Virus record (IMG/VR): IMGVR_UViG_3300003322_000266
Span: 10,294 to 74,293 of that record
Strand: one strand, 5' to 3'
DNA length: 64,000 nt
Origin: a virus
The notes under the pieces were generated by a model. That model worked only from the letters and a program-made list of their open reading frames with translations, was not told where the DNA came from and searched no databases. Each line of letters opens with the position of its first letter. The stretch's first letter is position 1. A program made the position numbers and the translations under genes. Shown piece after piece: positions 28,271 through 37,973 of the stretch.

Positions 28271-28654
28271 ATGACTCAAGCCATCAACGTCGAAGGCGCA
28301 TACTCGATCGTGACGCCAGCCGGCAAGCAGCTCCTGGCCGAGCTCGGGACCTTGATCAAGATCACGAGCTACAGGTTCGCCGACGGCTACGACTACGTCC
28401 CTGATCCCGACCAGTCGGCCTTCAAGGGCAAGCTGACCGGCGTCGAGGAAGGGTCAGAACCCAAGGTCGAAGACAACGACATGGTGTATCAGATCGTTGT
28501 CCCTGCCGAGATCAACTTCGACTTCGGAGAGATCGGACTCTTCGCCGGACATCAGCTGGTGGCTTTGATCGTCCTCAAGTCCAAAGTCGAGATTCGCTTC
28601 GGTGACGAACCCGTCGCCATCTCCTGCACCCTCCCACTGCCTACCAAGGCCTGA
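28271..28654 (+). CDS. Stand-alone tail-fibre baseplate-anchor (DUF3751-like) domain
   Basis: VTPAGKQLL...KITSY...GYDYVP...FDFGEIGLF...LVAL, similar to the N-termini of 28664..33298 and 45290..46276. Confidence 0.65.
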   Translation: MTQAINVEGAYSIVTPAGKQLLAELGTLIKITSYRFADGYDYVPDPDQSAFKGKLTGVEEGSEPKVEDNDMVYQIVVPAEINFDFGEIGLFAGHQLVALIVLKSKVEIRFGDEPVAISCTLPLPTKA

Positions 28655-28663
28655 GGAAACGCA

Positions 28664-31600
28664 ATGAGCACTATCCAGATCACGGACGCTGGTGCTGCAC
28701 TGATGCAGAACGCGGTCGAGCCGATCGTGCTGACGAGCTTCAAGCTCGGCTCAGCCTACGGCTATACCCCGACCAGTGGCCAAACCAACATCCAGGGCTC
28801 TCTCGTCTACACGGGTGTGCCTGGAGCGCCGGTGATCCAGGATGCCAACGTCATCCTGTATCCGCTGTACCTGACTGACAGCCTGGGTCCGTTCTCCTTC
28901 GGCGAAGTCGGCCTCTACTACAACTCGACTCTGTTCGCCATCATGGTTCTCGACGCGCTCGAGACCAAGCTGCCGAAGGACGTGAACACGAACACGGGTG
29001 GCGCCCTCGTCATCGATTGCTTCGTGCCCATGGTGGGCTCGAACTATCAGCTGTGGGCCAACATCACGCAGTCGAACACGAACAAGGCCTCGGTGGCTCA
29101 GGGTCCGGAGAATCTGCCGTACTCTGTGCTGGCGAACCCCAACCTCTGGGTCGTCCAGGCTGCGGGCTCGGGTCGATCCTTTCTCGCCTACTCAGACCGC
29201 CAAGGTCTGTGGAACTTCAGCTCGTTCGAGCCCGCGCAACAGGCCTCGGTCATCAGTGCCAGCTCGAACACGGTCATCCTCAGCGCATCCGACTTCGGGT
29301 CTCTGACGTTCGATGGCCTGGGGCACCTCCTTCTCCAGGTCAAGACTGGTCGCGCTGCGGCCTCTTGCCGCTATGTCTCGTCGATGAGCATCGACGGATC
29401 GACCGGCAATGTCGTCCTCGGTGTCAGCGCTCCGTGGGCCAAGAGCCCCCAGGCAGGTGATCTCTTCGAGCTCTATCTGCCGACTGGAGCCTCGCAGTCG
29501 GGCGGTGGCGGCGGTATCGATCCGTCGAACCTGCCCAATCTTCCGTCGACCGCACAGACGAGTGATCGACTCGCCATCGTTCGCTCAGGTCAAGCCTACG
29601 GCTGGCCACTGTCCGATATGGAGACCTGGCTGGTCCAAACTGCTGGCTTCAATCGTCCGCCGACCGGCACCGACAAGACTGCTGGCGGGGTCGACACGAC
29701 GCAGAGCCTGCAAGGCAATCTCTACACCGGCATCACGGACCCGGACGGTGATCCGGTCAGCCTGCAGTCGATCACATACACGGCGCCAGGTGCGCAGCCA
29801 GTCGCCTTCGACCCCAACAACGGGACGTATCAGGCCTACTACGGTCTGTTCTTTCTCGATCCAGCGACCGGCAACTGGACCTACAGCCTGGGTCCGAACG
29901 CTCGCGCGCTGACGACGGGCCAGACGGGTACGGAGATTTTCACCTACATCATGGCTGATGGCAAGGGTGGCATCCGTACCAATCACCTGACGATCTCGAT
30001 CACCGGTTCCAACAGCGCGCCAATCGTTGCGTTCGTCAACGGCGGCACGCCGATGAACACGACGCTGACCGGCAATCTGCTGTATCGTCTGGCCTTCGAC
30101 TACGAGTCGGCGGTGACGATCAGCGGCTACTCGATCGCTGGTCAGTCCGGTACGTTCACCGGTGGTCCGACGACCATCAATGGCGGCGCTGGTACGATCA
30201 CGATTCAGACCAACGGCGACTACACGTTCGTTCCAGCGCAGGACTACTTCGGGCCCGTCCCCACCATCACGTACAACGTTACCGATGGTGTGAACGTGGT
30301 CCCAGCCAAACTCACCCTGGCGGTGACCCCTCTGATCTCTGGCACCCAACCCCTGGTCCTGGGCACTGACATCGTCTCAGGTCCGACCTCGGGTGGTGAG
30401 AACAACAATGGCATCTACCTGACCCTGTTCGGTTACAGGTTCGGCAACTCCGTGGATCTGGGCACCAACATCAAGGTCTACATCGGTGGTGTCGAAGTCG
30501 CACGCTACATCCAGCTGGTGACTGACCCCCTGGCATCCAAGTTCCCGGGCCTGCAGCGACTGAGTGTCCAGGTTGGTCATCTCGGTGGTGCTGCGCAAGG
30601 TATTCCGCTCCATATCACCGTCGTGTCGTCGGGTCAGACATCGAACGCAGACTCGATCTTCACGCCGAACCCCGGTGACATCTACTTCGTGTCACATGCT
30701 GGTAACGACACGACTGGCGTCGCCAACGACATCACCCATCCGTTCCGTATGCTTCAGTACGCGGCGCGTGGCACTCGCAGCCCGTACGCTCTGATGAAGG
30801 CTGGTGACTGCATCGTCATCATCGACTCGGACGGTCAGCCGTGGACTGACACCGGCTACGACACTGCGTGGTTCCGCTTCCGCGACCCACAACAGCAGGG
30901 CTCCGCACCTTCGGGTACGGTCGGCACCGGCTGGGTCACGATCATGGGCTACCCAGGTCAGACCATCCACTACATCACCCAGCCTGGAACCAAGGGCGGT
31001 ATCCAAGGTCCTGGTCAAGCCTTCACCGGCACGACTGGCGACTGGGTGCAGATTTCGAACCTCAAGATCGAAGTCCTGGGTGGTGCGACTCGTGACGCCG
31101 GCCCTGTCAACATGCAATACAACGCCGAGCGTTGGCGCATCGTCGGCAACGACTTCGGCCCGTGGGTGGCAGGCTCTAGCGCTGTCCTGAACTGCGCGGC
31201 GATCTCTGGTGAAGGTAACTTCATCTACATCGCCTTCAACAAGATGCACGACATCGAAGGTACAGTCGACCTTCAGAACCACGGCATCTACGCGGGTACG
31301 AGTTCCTACGGTTGGGAGATCGCCTACAACTGGATCTTCAACTGCGTGGGTGGATCACTCATCCAGTTCAACGACTCGGACGGTGGTTCGAATACCTTCC
31401 TCACGCCTTACGGTGTGTGGACGGGCTTCACCAACATCAAGATCCACAACAACTGGTTGGAGAATGCGGCGAAGTATGCCATCACGTTCTCGGACTCGGG
31501 TGGCACGACTCACGGTCAACTGGACTTCCAGGCATGGAACAACATCATCGTCGGCACGCAGCTGGCGCCGTTGCGACTCCAGACCGTGACCGATACGTCG

Positions 31601-33298
31601 GACTGCACGTACGCCTTCAACACGGTGTACAACTGCTGCACGCTGTCGTCGGCGACCGGCAATGCATACCTCCGCAACGAAGGTGTGCAGACGAGTCCCG
31701 ACCATGTGATCCGCGCCTACAACAACATCTTTGCCTTCGGTCCCGACACCGTCGCAGGGTGCTCGTGGCTGATCGCGGATGCCGAAGGCTTCGGTGGCGT
31801 CACCGGCTACACGCTGAGTCGCAACCTCTACTTTGCGAACGGCCAGAGTCCGGCCGCTGCTCCCGACGGCTCCGGCATCTATGCTGATCCGTTGTTCAAC
31901 AACGCAGCTGCAGGTGACTTCAGTCTTCAGTCCGGGTCTCCGGCTCTGAACGTCGGCACTCAAGTGCTCCCGACTGGTATGGTCGTCCAGGACGACTTCT
32001 CCGGTCTGAACACGCGACGGTACGGCGGAGCGCCTGACTGCGGAGCGGTTGAAAAAGCACAGTCGACTCCGTTCGTAACGTCGAACCCGACGTTCAGCGG
32101 AGGTCCGACGGTCGGTACGGCAACGAGCGTCACCATCGGTTCGTGGGGCAACGCACCAAGCTCCTACAGCCGACAGTTCCAGATCAACGGTTCGAACGTC
32201 GGGTCGCCGATCACTGGCACTGGCAGCGCGACCTACACGCCTGTGTACTCAGACGTGCGTCAAGTTCTGACCTGTATCATCAGCGCCACCAATGGCTCGG
32301 GCACGAGTCAGTACACGTTGTCAATCGGCACCATCGCTCAAGCGGCTGGTGGTCCTGTCAACACCGTGGCGCCTGTGATCTCTGGCACGGCTCAGGTTGG
32401 CAACGTCCTGACTGTGACGTCGAATGGTACGTGGTCCGGCACGAACAGCGGCTACCTCTACCAGTGGTTCAAGAACGTCTCGGGTACCATCACGGCTCTG
32501 ACCTCTTCGACTAGCACCAACACCTATACGCTGACCAACGGCGAATTGGGTGCCAATGTATTCTGTCAAGTGGCTGCACAGAACACCACGACTGGTTCGG
32601 GTATCGCCAACTCGAACAGTCTCGGTCCTGTGATTGCAGGCAACGCAAACCCGTTGACTGTTCAGTCGAAGGGTGGTGCTCCTGCGTCGAACGCAAACAC
32701 GACCATCACGTTCGACTCGGCCGTGAGCGCCAACAACGGCATCGTAATCTTCACGGCAACGTGGGACAACGCGATGTCGAACGGCACGTTCAGCGACAAC
32801 CAAGGGAACGGTTACGGCGTTGGCACCAGTGGTGTCGGATACACGTTGACCAGCTTCAACGGCACGGTCGATAACCCGAACTCGCAGATCGCGTATGGGA
32901 AGACGAACGCAGGTGGTACCTACACCACAACCTACAACCCAGCAAGCGCCAACGGCGTGTCTCTGGTTCAAGTCGAAGTGTCGGGCATCGACCAGACGAC
33001 GTTCCTCGACCAGCCGATGTTCCACAACGCGGGCACCGATCTGGTTCCGACCATCACGGCGACGGTGGCCAACACCAAGCCGACTGATCTGGTGTACGTG
33101 TGGGTGACGGCGCGTGGAGTCTCGGCTGTCATCACTGGAGATCCGGGCTACTCTCTGGTCAAGTCGCAAGCTGGTTCTTATCACACGTCCAGCCTGTTCC
33201 AGAAGAAGGAGTCGGCAACTGAGACCGTGAGCTTTACGGGTTCGATCGACGCGACTTCCGGATGGGTGATTCAGGTGCTGGTCCTTCGCGGTGCCTAA
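28664..33298 (+). CDS. Large modular tail fibre/tailspike: DUF3751-like anchor, VCBS/cadherin-like Ig, TIG, beta-helix, Ig domains
   Basis: ITDAG...FKLGSAYGYTP...FGEVGLY; GNWTYSL...EIFTY..ADG.GG (VCBS-like); beta-helix paralogous to 20209..22077. Confidence 0.85.
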   Translation: MSTIQITDAGAALMQNAVEPIVLTSFKLGSAYGYTPTSGQTNIQGSLVYTGVPGAPVIQDANVILYPLYLTDSLGPFSFGEVGLYYNSTLFAIMVLDALETKLPKDVNTNTGGALVIDCFVPMVGSNYQLWANITQSNTNKASVAQGPENLPYSVLANPNLWVVQAAGSGRSFLAYSDRQGLWNFSSFEPAQQASVISASSNTVILSASDFGSLTFDGLGHLLLQVKTGRAAASCRYVSSMSIDGSTGNVVLGVSAPWAKSPQAGDLFELYLPTGASQSGGGGGIDPSNLPNLPSTAQTSDRLAIVRSGQAYGWPLSDMETWLVQTAGFNRPPTGTDKTAGGVDTTQSLQGNLYTGITDPDGDPVSLQSITYTAPGAQPVAFDPNNGTYQAYYGLFFLDPATGNWTYSLGPNARALTTGQTGTEIFTYIMADGKGGIRTNHLTISITGSNSAPIVAFVNGGTPMNTTLTGNLLYRLAFDYESAVTISGYSIAGQSGTFTGGPTTINGGAGTITIQTNGDYTFVPAQDYFGPVPTITYNVTDGVNVVPAKLTLAVTPLISGTQPLVLGTDIVSGPTSGGENNNGIYLTLFGYRFGNSVDLGTNIKVYIGGVEVARYIQLVTDPLASKFPGLQRLSVQVGHLGGAAQGIPLHITVVSSGQTSNADSIFTPNPGDIYFVSHAGNDTTGVANDITHPFRMLQYAARGTRSPYALMKAGDCIVIIDSDGQPWTDTGYDTAWFRFRDPQQQGSAPSGTVGTGWVTIMGYPGQTIHYITQPGTKGGIQGPGQAFTGTTGDWVQISNLKIEVLGGATRDAGPVNMQYNAERWRIVGNDFGPWVAGSSAVLNCAAISGEGNFIYIAFNKMHDIEGTVDLQNHGIYAGTSSYGWEIAYNWIFNCVGGSLIQFNDSDGGSNTFLTPYGVWTGFTNIKIHNNWLENAAKYAITFSDSGGTTHGQLDFQAWNNIIVGTQLAPLRLQTVTDTSDCTYAFNTVYNCCTLSSATGNAYLRNEGVQTSPDHVIRAYNNIFAFGPDTVAGCSWLIADAEGFGGVTGYTLSRNLYFANGQSPAAAPDGSGIYADPLFNNAAAGDFSLQSGSPALNVGTQVLPTGMVVQDDFSGLNTRRYGGAPDCGAVEKAQSTPFVTSNPTFSGGPTVGTATSVTIGSWGNAPSSYSRQFQINGSNVGSPITGTGSATYTPVYSDVRQVLTCIISATNGSGTSQYTLSIGTIAQAAGGPVNTVAPVISGTAQVGNVLTVTSNGTWSGTNSGYLYQWFKNVSGTITALTSSTSTNTYTLTNGELGANVFCQVAAQNTTTGSGIANSNSLGPVIAGNANPLTVQSKGGAPASNANTTITFDSAVSANNGIVIFTATWDNAMSNGTFSDNQGNGYGVGTSGVGYTLTSFNGTVDNPNSQIAYGKTNAGGTYTTTYNPASANGVSLVQVEVSGIDQTTFLDQPMFHNAGTDLVPTITATVANTKPTDLVYVWVTARGVSAVITGDPGYSLVKSQAGSYHTSSLFQKKESATETVSFTGSIDATSGWVIQVLVLRGA

Positions 33299-33303
33299 GT
33301 GCT

Positions 33304-33331
33304 AGGGTGGAACTTTCGGGTTCCACCCTTT
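33304..33331 (+). terminator. Rho-independent terminator
   Basis: AGGGTGGAAC-TTTCGG-GTTCCACCCT-TT immediately after the stop. Confidence 0.8.
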
Positions 33332-33393
33332 GCCACATGTAAGCGTGCGTTAAGTCAGCCCACAGGTTGAGCGACAATTTCATGCAATCTTCC

Positions 33394-33428
33394 AGCGCGC
33401 CGCCTTGTTCCCTACGGCGCGCTTTCTT
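33394..33428 (+). terminator. Second terminator-like hairpin
   Basis: AGCGCGCCG-12 nt-CGGCGCGCT-TTCTTT. Confidence 0.65.
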
Positions 33429-33494
33429 TACGTTAACGGAGCATCCGATGAATAAGCCGTATCGCAACCCCTTCAAGTCCGGAGTGTGCTGACC

Positions 33495-33836
33495 ATGGAA
33501 CACGTAGCTACCATGGAACACTTCGACATGGTCACCATGATTGTCGACGGGCTTTTTACGCTCGTCGCTTTCCTGGGTGGCTTCCTACTCAAGGCCATGT
33601 GGACTGCGATCGACAAGCTCCGTGAGGACCTGCTCGAACTCAACAAGGCCATCGCTCGCGACTACGTTCGTCGTGACGACTTCCACGCACACGCAAAGCG
33701 AGTCGAAGACCTGCTGGCTCAGACCCATAGCGAATACGTTCGCAGGGAAGACTTCCAGCAGTTCACACTCCGCATGGAGACATCCATCCAGCGCTTGTTC
33801 GACAAGATGGATGACAAGGCCGACAAGACTCGCTGA
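33495..33836 (+). CDS. Single-TM coiled-coil protein (holin/lysis-associated candidate)
   Basis: TM IVDGLFTLVAFLGGFLL, YVRRDDF/YVRREDF, ends RLFDKMDDKADK; GGAG SD. Confidence 0.55.
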   Translation: MEHVATMEHFDMVTMIVDGLFTLVAFLGGFLLKAMWTAIDKLREDLLELNKAIARDYVRRDDFHAHAKRVEDLLAQTHSEYVRREDFQQFTLRMETSIQRLFDKMDDKADKTR

Positions 33837-33886
33837 TCAAGCATCGAGGGAACAAACTCCGTCAACCCAATCTTGAGGACCTACCC

Positions 33887-34864
33887 ATGTCCGGTACTTC
33901 TCTTTCGCAGAACACTCCGACCTACCTGACCAAGGCCACCGTGCACCCCAACGGGTACAGCGGCACTTCGTTCTCGGCGATCATCCCATGGGTGGGAGTT
34001 CTTCCGGTCGGTGGCAAGAACGACATCGTGGTTCTGACTCAGGACGAGTCGAACACGATCGCCGCTGGCCTGTACGTGCTTGTCCCGGCTCCGCTGATCC
34101 CCGGAGCCGGTACCACGTTCGCGTGGAAGATGCTGATGTCGTTCGCCGACATCTGCGACTACTCGAACGGCGCGACTCTCGACATCTACCTCAACAACAC
34201 GAGCACCCAGACTCTGTCCGGCGTCACCCTGTGGCGCAACGGCGCGAAGCTGGGCACGGCGAATCTGGTCAACGATCCGACCTCGGTCTGGATCGCGGGT
34301 GCACGTGCGCAGGCCGGTGGCATCTCGAACCTGGCTTCGGCTTCTGACTACCAAGCCAATCTGGTGACGCCTCTGGCCTCGAAGCTCGGCGTCCCGACGC
34401 CGTACTCGGCTGCGACGAACACGCCGGCCATCGCGTCGGGCGTTGCTCCGGCTGCGAACGCGCCTTCGAGCTTCACCGTCACCGACGCGGGTGTCGTCGC
34501 CATGCAGGCCGCCATCAGTGCCGACATTCCATCCGCACGCAACGGCGACTGGATCACCTGGAACCCGGCCACCAACAAGTGGACGCGTGCAGCCGGTGAT
34601 CCGTTCTCGATCAGCGTGTCGGGTGCGACCACCCTGACCGATGCCCACAACGACATGACGCTCGTGTGTTCCGGCACTCCGGCCCTGACCGTGAACACGG
34701 GTCGCATGACCGGCTTCGGCATCACGCTCATCGGCGCCTACACACTGACCGGCAGCGCCACCATCGGCACCGACATGCGCTTCTCGACTGGCAACGCCAA
34801 CACGATGAGCGCCCTGGTCCAGACCGCGGCCGACACGTACCAGCAATTCGGCGGGAAGCTCTGA
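33887..34864 (+). CDS. Virion fibre protein, paralog of 17904..20195
   Basis: N-domain TKATVHPNGYSGTSFSAIIPWV...AGLY...WKML...WRNG. Confidence 0.75.
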   Translation: MSGTSLSQNTPTYLTKATVHPNGYSGTSFSAIIPWVGVLPVGGKNDIVVLTQDESNTIAAGLYVLVPAPLIPGAGTTFAWKMLMSFADICDYSNGATLDIYLNNTSTQTLSGVTLWRNGAKLGTANLVNDPTSVWIAGARAQAGGISNLASASDYQANLVTPLASKLGVPTPYSAATNTPAIASGVAPAANAPSSFTVTDAGVVAMQAAISADIPSARNGDWITWNPATNKWTRAAGDPFSISVSGATTLTDAHNDMTLVCSGTPALTVNTGRMTGFGITLIGAYTLTGSATIGTDMRFSTGNANTMSALVQTAADTYQQFGGKL

Positions 34865-34866
34865 CC

Positions 34867-35589
34867 ATGGGACAGCGTACAAGCCGCCTCGCAGCGGCGG
34901 TGTCTCAGCTGCGACCCTGGTACGAGCCCGACGCCCAGTTCATGTGGAACGCACCCCAGGACACCGACACGGCTACGGTCGATCCAGTCCTGGGTGGTCA
35001 GCTGGCCAAGACCTCGTCAGGTGCGGCTACGATCAGCGGCAACTACTGGGACATGACCGGCTCGGTCTACAACAGTGCCAACGGTCTCGTCTCGACTTTC
35101 AGCCTCAACAACCCGTTCCTGCTCGCCGTCGTCTGCGACAAGAACAACGAAGCGTCGAGCTTCGCTCGTCTGATCTACTTCGGAAACGAAGCGACGGACT
35201 CGGTGTCGTTCGGCACCGGCAACGCTGCAACGAATCCGGTGTTTCGTCTCTACATGGCTGGCGCGGCCCTCGGTGGTGTCACCTACGCGTCGCAAGCGAC
35301 GTGGAGCGCGAAGGGCACGGCCCTCGTTCACTGGTTCGACTTCGACCCGACCGACGGCACGAACACCATCCTGGCCGGCGTCAACTCGACGACGACAACC
35401 AGCTCGGGTCTCCTGGCGCCACCGGCTGGCCGCACCATGAGCCGCAACACCTCATTCGGCAACTCGTCGGGTACGTCCGGCCTGTCGTCCATCCTTCAAG
35501 GGCAAGTGCAGCTGGTCTCGCGTGCAGGTCTCACTCGTGCACAGAAGGCCCAGATCGTTGCCAACATGAAGGCCAAGGCCGGTATCTAA
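34867..35589 (+). CDS. Putative beta-sandwich (lectin/LamG-like) virion protein
   Basis: 240 aa from ATG 34867; beta-rich, Gly/Ser/Thr-rich. Confidence 0.5.
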   Translation: MGQRTSRLAAAVSQLRPWYEPDAQFMWNAPQDTDTATVDPVLGGQLAKTSSGAATISGNYWDMTGSVYNSANGLVSTFSLNNPFLLAVVCDKNNEASSFARLIYFGNEATDSVSFGTGNAATNPVFRLYMAGAALGGVTYASQATWSAKGTALVHWFDFDPTDGTNTILAGVNSTTTTSSGLLAPPAGRTMSRNTSFGNSSGTSGLSSILQGQVQLVSRAGLTRAQKAQIVANMKAKAGI

Positions 35590-35599
35590 GGAGTAGAAG

Positions 35600-37918
35600 A
35601 TGCCTCGTGTCTCTCAAATCCTGGCACTGATGGCCAACAAGGTGACGCAGCAGCCGAGCATCGGCACGCCACCGACCATCATGTCCAGCGTCAACAACGG
35701 CTTTGCCGTCACGTACACGCCTGCTTCCGGTATCTCGGGCATTCCGGTTCCGACTGTCGAGTACGACCTGTACAAGAACGGCGCGCTGCTGATCGCGAAC
35801 TACATCACTGGAACCTACCTGGCGGAGTCGCCTGGAGACCAACTGCAAATCGTGGCAACGGCGGACAACGGTATCGGTCTCGATGCTGTCGCAACATCGG
35901 CTGTCCTGACCGTCGGCACTGCGCCTCCGATCGGTGCCCCGTCGTTCGTCAACGCCTCGCCGTTCGACGCGACCTCGGGTCTGTACTACTTCTACCCGTT
36001 CACGGCGACCAACAGCCCGACCAGCTACACCGTGGCCTCGGGCTCACTGCCTCCGGGCATCACCCTGAGTTCGGCGGGACGTCTGAGCGGCTGGCCGACG
36101 ACGGCTGGTTCCTACACCTTCACCGTCAGCGCCACCAACGCGTCAGGCACGGCAACGACCGGCTCGATCACGATGAACACGGCGTATCAGGCGCGCCTCA
36201 AGCAAGCGCCCTACGTCGGTGTGCCGCTCTACTACGAGATCCCGAACTTCAGTGGCACGATCACGAGCCAGCAGTGGTACAAGAACACGGGTTCCGGTCC
36301 TGTCGCCATCTCCGGCGCCACAGGTGCGACCTACACCCCAGTCTCCGGCGACGTCGGTGCTCACCTGTCTGTCCGTTGCGTCACCAGCAGCGGCAACATC
36401 AACAGCATCGAGTTCTCGGCCACCGGCCAGGTCATCAGTCAGACGGCGGTGCTTCAGGCTCCGTCGACCACGTCGTATATCAGTTCGCTGCACAACGGAG
36501 CGACGGTCAACACGGTGTGCAAGATCCGTGGGATCTTCGGCAACTACTACGTCGAGACGACGGTGGCGCCCGGGACCTACACGAGCGCGCAGCTCGGCAA
36601 CACGCTCCTGACCGCAGCCGGCCTCAGTGGCTATTCGGACTTCAGCGCCACAGGAGGCATGTGGTCGTCGATCTCGATGCCTCCAGTTCAGGCCGCGCCA
36701 GCGAATCGTGCAGCCGCGACTGCAACGCGTCCGGTCGCCAACACAGGTATCGGGAACTTCGTGGCCAACGGCACGCTCTACGACGGCAACGGCAACAAGT
36801 TCATTCCACGTGGCGTCAACTGGACGCACTGGGACCTCAACTGCCTGCCGCAGATGATCGTCGCCGGCATGAACTGCATCCGCTACGAGTACTACCATAC
36901 GAACGCGTGGTCGATCACGAAGAGCGCTCTCGACTCGATGGTGGCTGGTCATGTGATCCCGATCATCGCTCACTTCTTCAACGGGGCCACTGGACTCAAG
37001 GGCACCTGCAGTGGCAACACGCTGACCCTGACTCAGAGGACCACGGGCTACTTGTACGTCGGCATGGTCGTCACCATGGCCGGCCTCCCAGGTGGCAAGG
37101 CGACGATCACTTCGATCGGCAGCACGAATGGAGGCCTCGGCGACTACACGATCAACGGCGCGGGTGCGACGATCACGACCGAGACAACGATCACGGTCTT
37201 CGACTACGTGACGGGCGGTTCATTGCCACAGCAGGCACAGACGGCGGTGCGCAACATCATCGATCTGTATCCGCAGATGAGCGCCTACGATGGCGTGTCG
37301 ATCATCAACCTGGCGAACGAGTGGGGTCCTTCGGGCTCATCCACCAACACGGTGTGGCGTGATACCTGGGGCTACAAGGACTCGGGCGGCACCGTCCATT
37401 CGGGTGCGGTGCAGACGCTCCGAGCCGCTGGCTACAGGGGCTGCATCATGATCGATGCGCCGGGCAACGGCCAAGACACGTATGCGCTGATCAATCACGC
37501 CGCATCCGTCCTGGCTGCCGACCCGCTGCAGAACATCATGTTCGGCTTCCACATCTACGCAGGTGCGAAGGCTGGCGCACTGGCTGGCGTCCTCGATCAG
37601 ATCCGCGCGACCGGCATCACGCTAATGCTCAGCGAGTACGGATCGGGTGCCCCGAACGCGCCGGATGCGAACTGCTGTATCGATCCTCTGAACATCATCG
37701 CTGATGCGGAGAATCGTGACTGGGGTGCGGCTGCGTGGTCGTGGGACAACCACCACAACGCGAACCCGCCGGAGTTCGACGGCTGGTACACTCTGGCCTA
37801 CGACTGGATCAACGGCTACAAGACTGGCCTTGCATCCGACCTCAACATCTTCGGCAAGAAGGTGATCCTCGACCCTGTCTACGGATCATCGATCAGCACG
37901 AAGGCAACGACAGTCTGA
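35600..37918 (+). CDS. Ig-domain (He_PIG) + glycoside hydrolase family 5 (GH5_8 beta-mannanase-like) protein
   Basis: SLPPGITLSSAGRLSGWPTTAGSYTFTVSATN; GH5 motifs LYDGNGNKFIPRGVN, NLANEW (acid/base), DAPGNGQD, FGFHIY, LSEYG (nucleophile), AWSWDN. Confidence 0.85.
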   Translation: MPRVSQILALMANKVTQQPSIGTPPTIMSSVNNGFAVTYTPASGISGIPVPTVEYDLYKNGALLIANYITGTYLAESPGDQLQIVATADNGIGLDAVATSAVLTVGTAPPIGAPSFVNASPFDATSGLYYFYPFTATNSPTSYTVASGSLPPGITLSSAGRLSGWPTTAGSYTFTVSATNASGTATTGSITMNTAYQARLKQAPYVGVPLYYEIPNFSGTITSQQWYKNTGSGPVAISGATGATYTPVSGDVGAHLSVRCVTSSGNINSIEFSATGQVISQTAVLQAPSTTSYISSLHNGATVNTVCKIRGIFGNYYVETTVAPGTYTSAQLGNTLLTAAGLSGYSDFSATGGMWSSISMPPVQAAPANRAAATATRPVANTGIGNFVANGTLYDGNGNKFIPRGVNWTHWDLNCLPQMIVAGMNCIRYEYYHTNAWSITKSALDSMVAGHVIPIIAHFFNGATGLKGTCSGNTLTLTQRTTGYLYVGMVVTMAGLPGGKATITSIGSTNGGLGDYTINGAGATITTETTITVFDYVTGGSLPQQAQTAVRNIIDLYPQMSAYDGVSIINLANEWGPSGSSTNTVWRDTWGYKDSGGTVHSGAVQTLRAAGYRGCIMIDAPGNGQDTYALINHAASVLAADPLQNIMFGFHIYAGAKAGALAGVLDQIRATGITLMLSEYGSGAPNAPDANCCIDPLNIIADAENRDWGAAAWSWDNHHNANPPEFDGWYTLAYDWINGYKTGLASDLNIFGKKVILDPVYGSSISTKATTV

Positions 37919-37924
37919 CCTCCT

Positions 37925-37948
37925 GGGGCGGCTCTTTCGAGCCGCCCC
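37925..37948 (+). other. Perfect GC hairpin without U-tract
   Basis: GGGGCGGCTC-TTTC-GAGCCGCCCC between the GH5 gene and Rz. Confidence 0.5.
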
Positions 37949-37973
37949 TCAACCCTAGAAGGATAACTAGATC

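Noticed and set aside
37925-37948. Hairpin as a Rho-independent terminator
   Set aside because: No U-tract follows; kept only as an unexplained stem.
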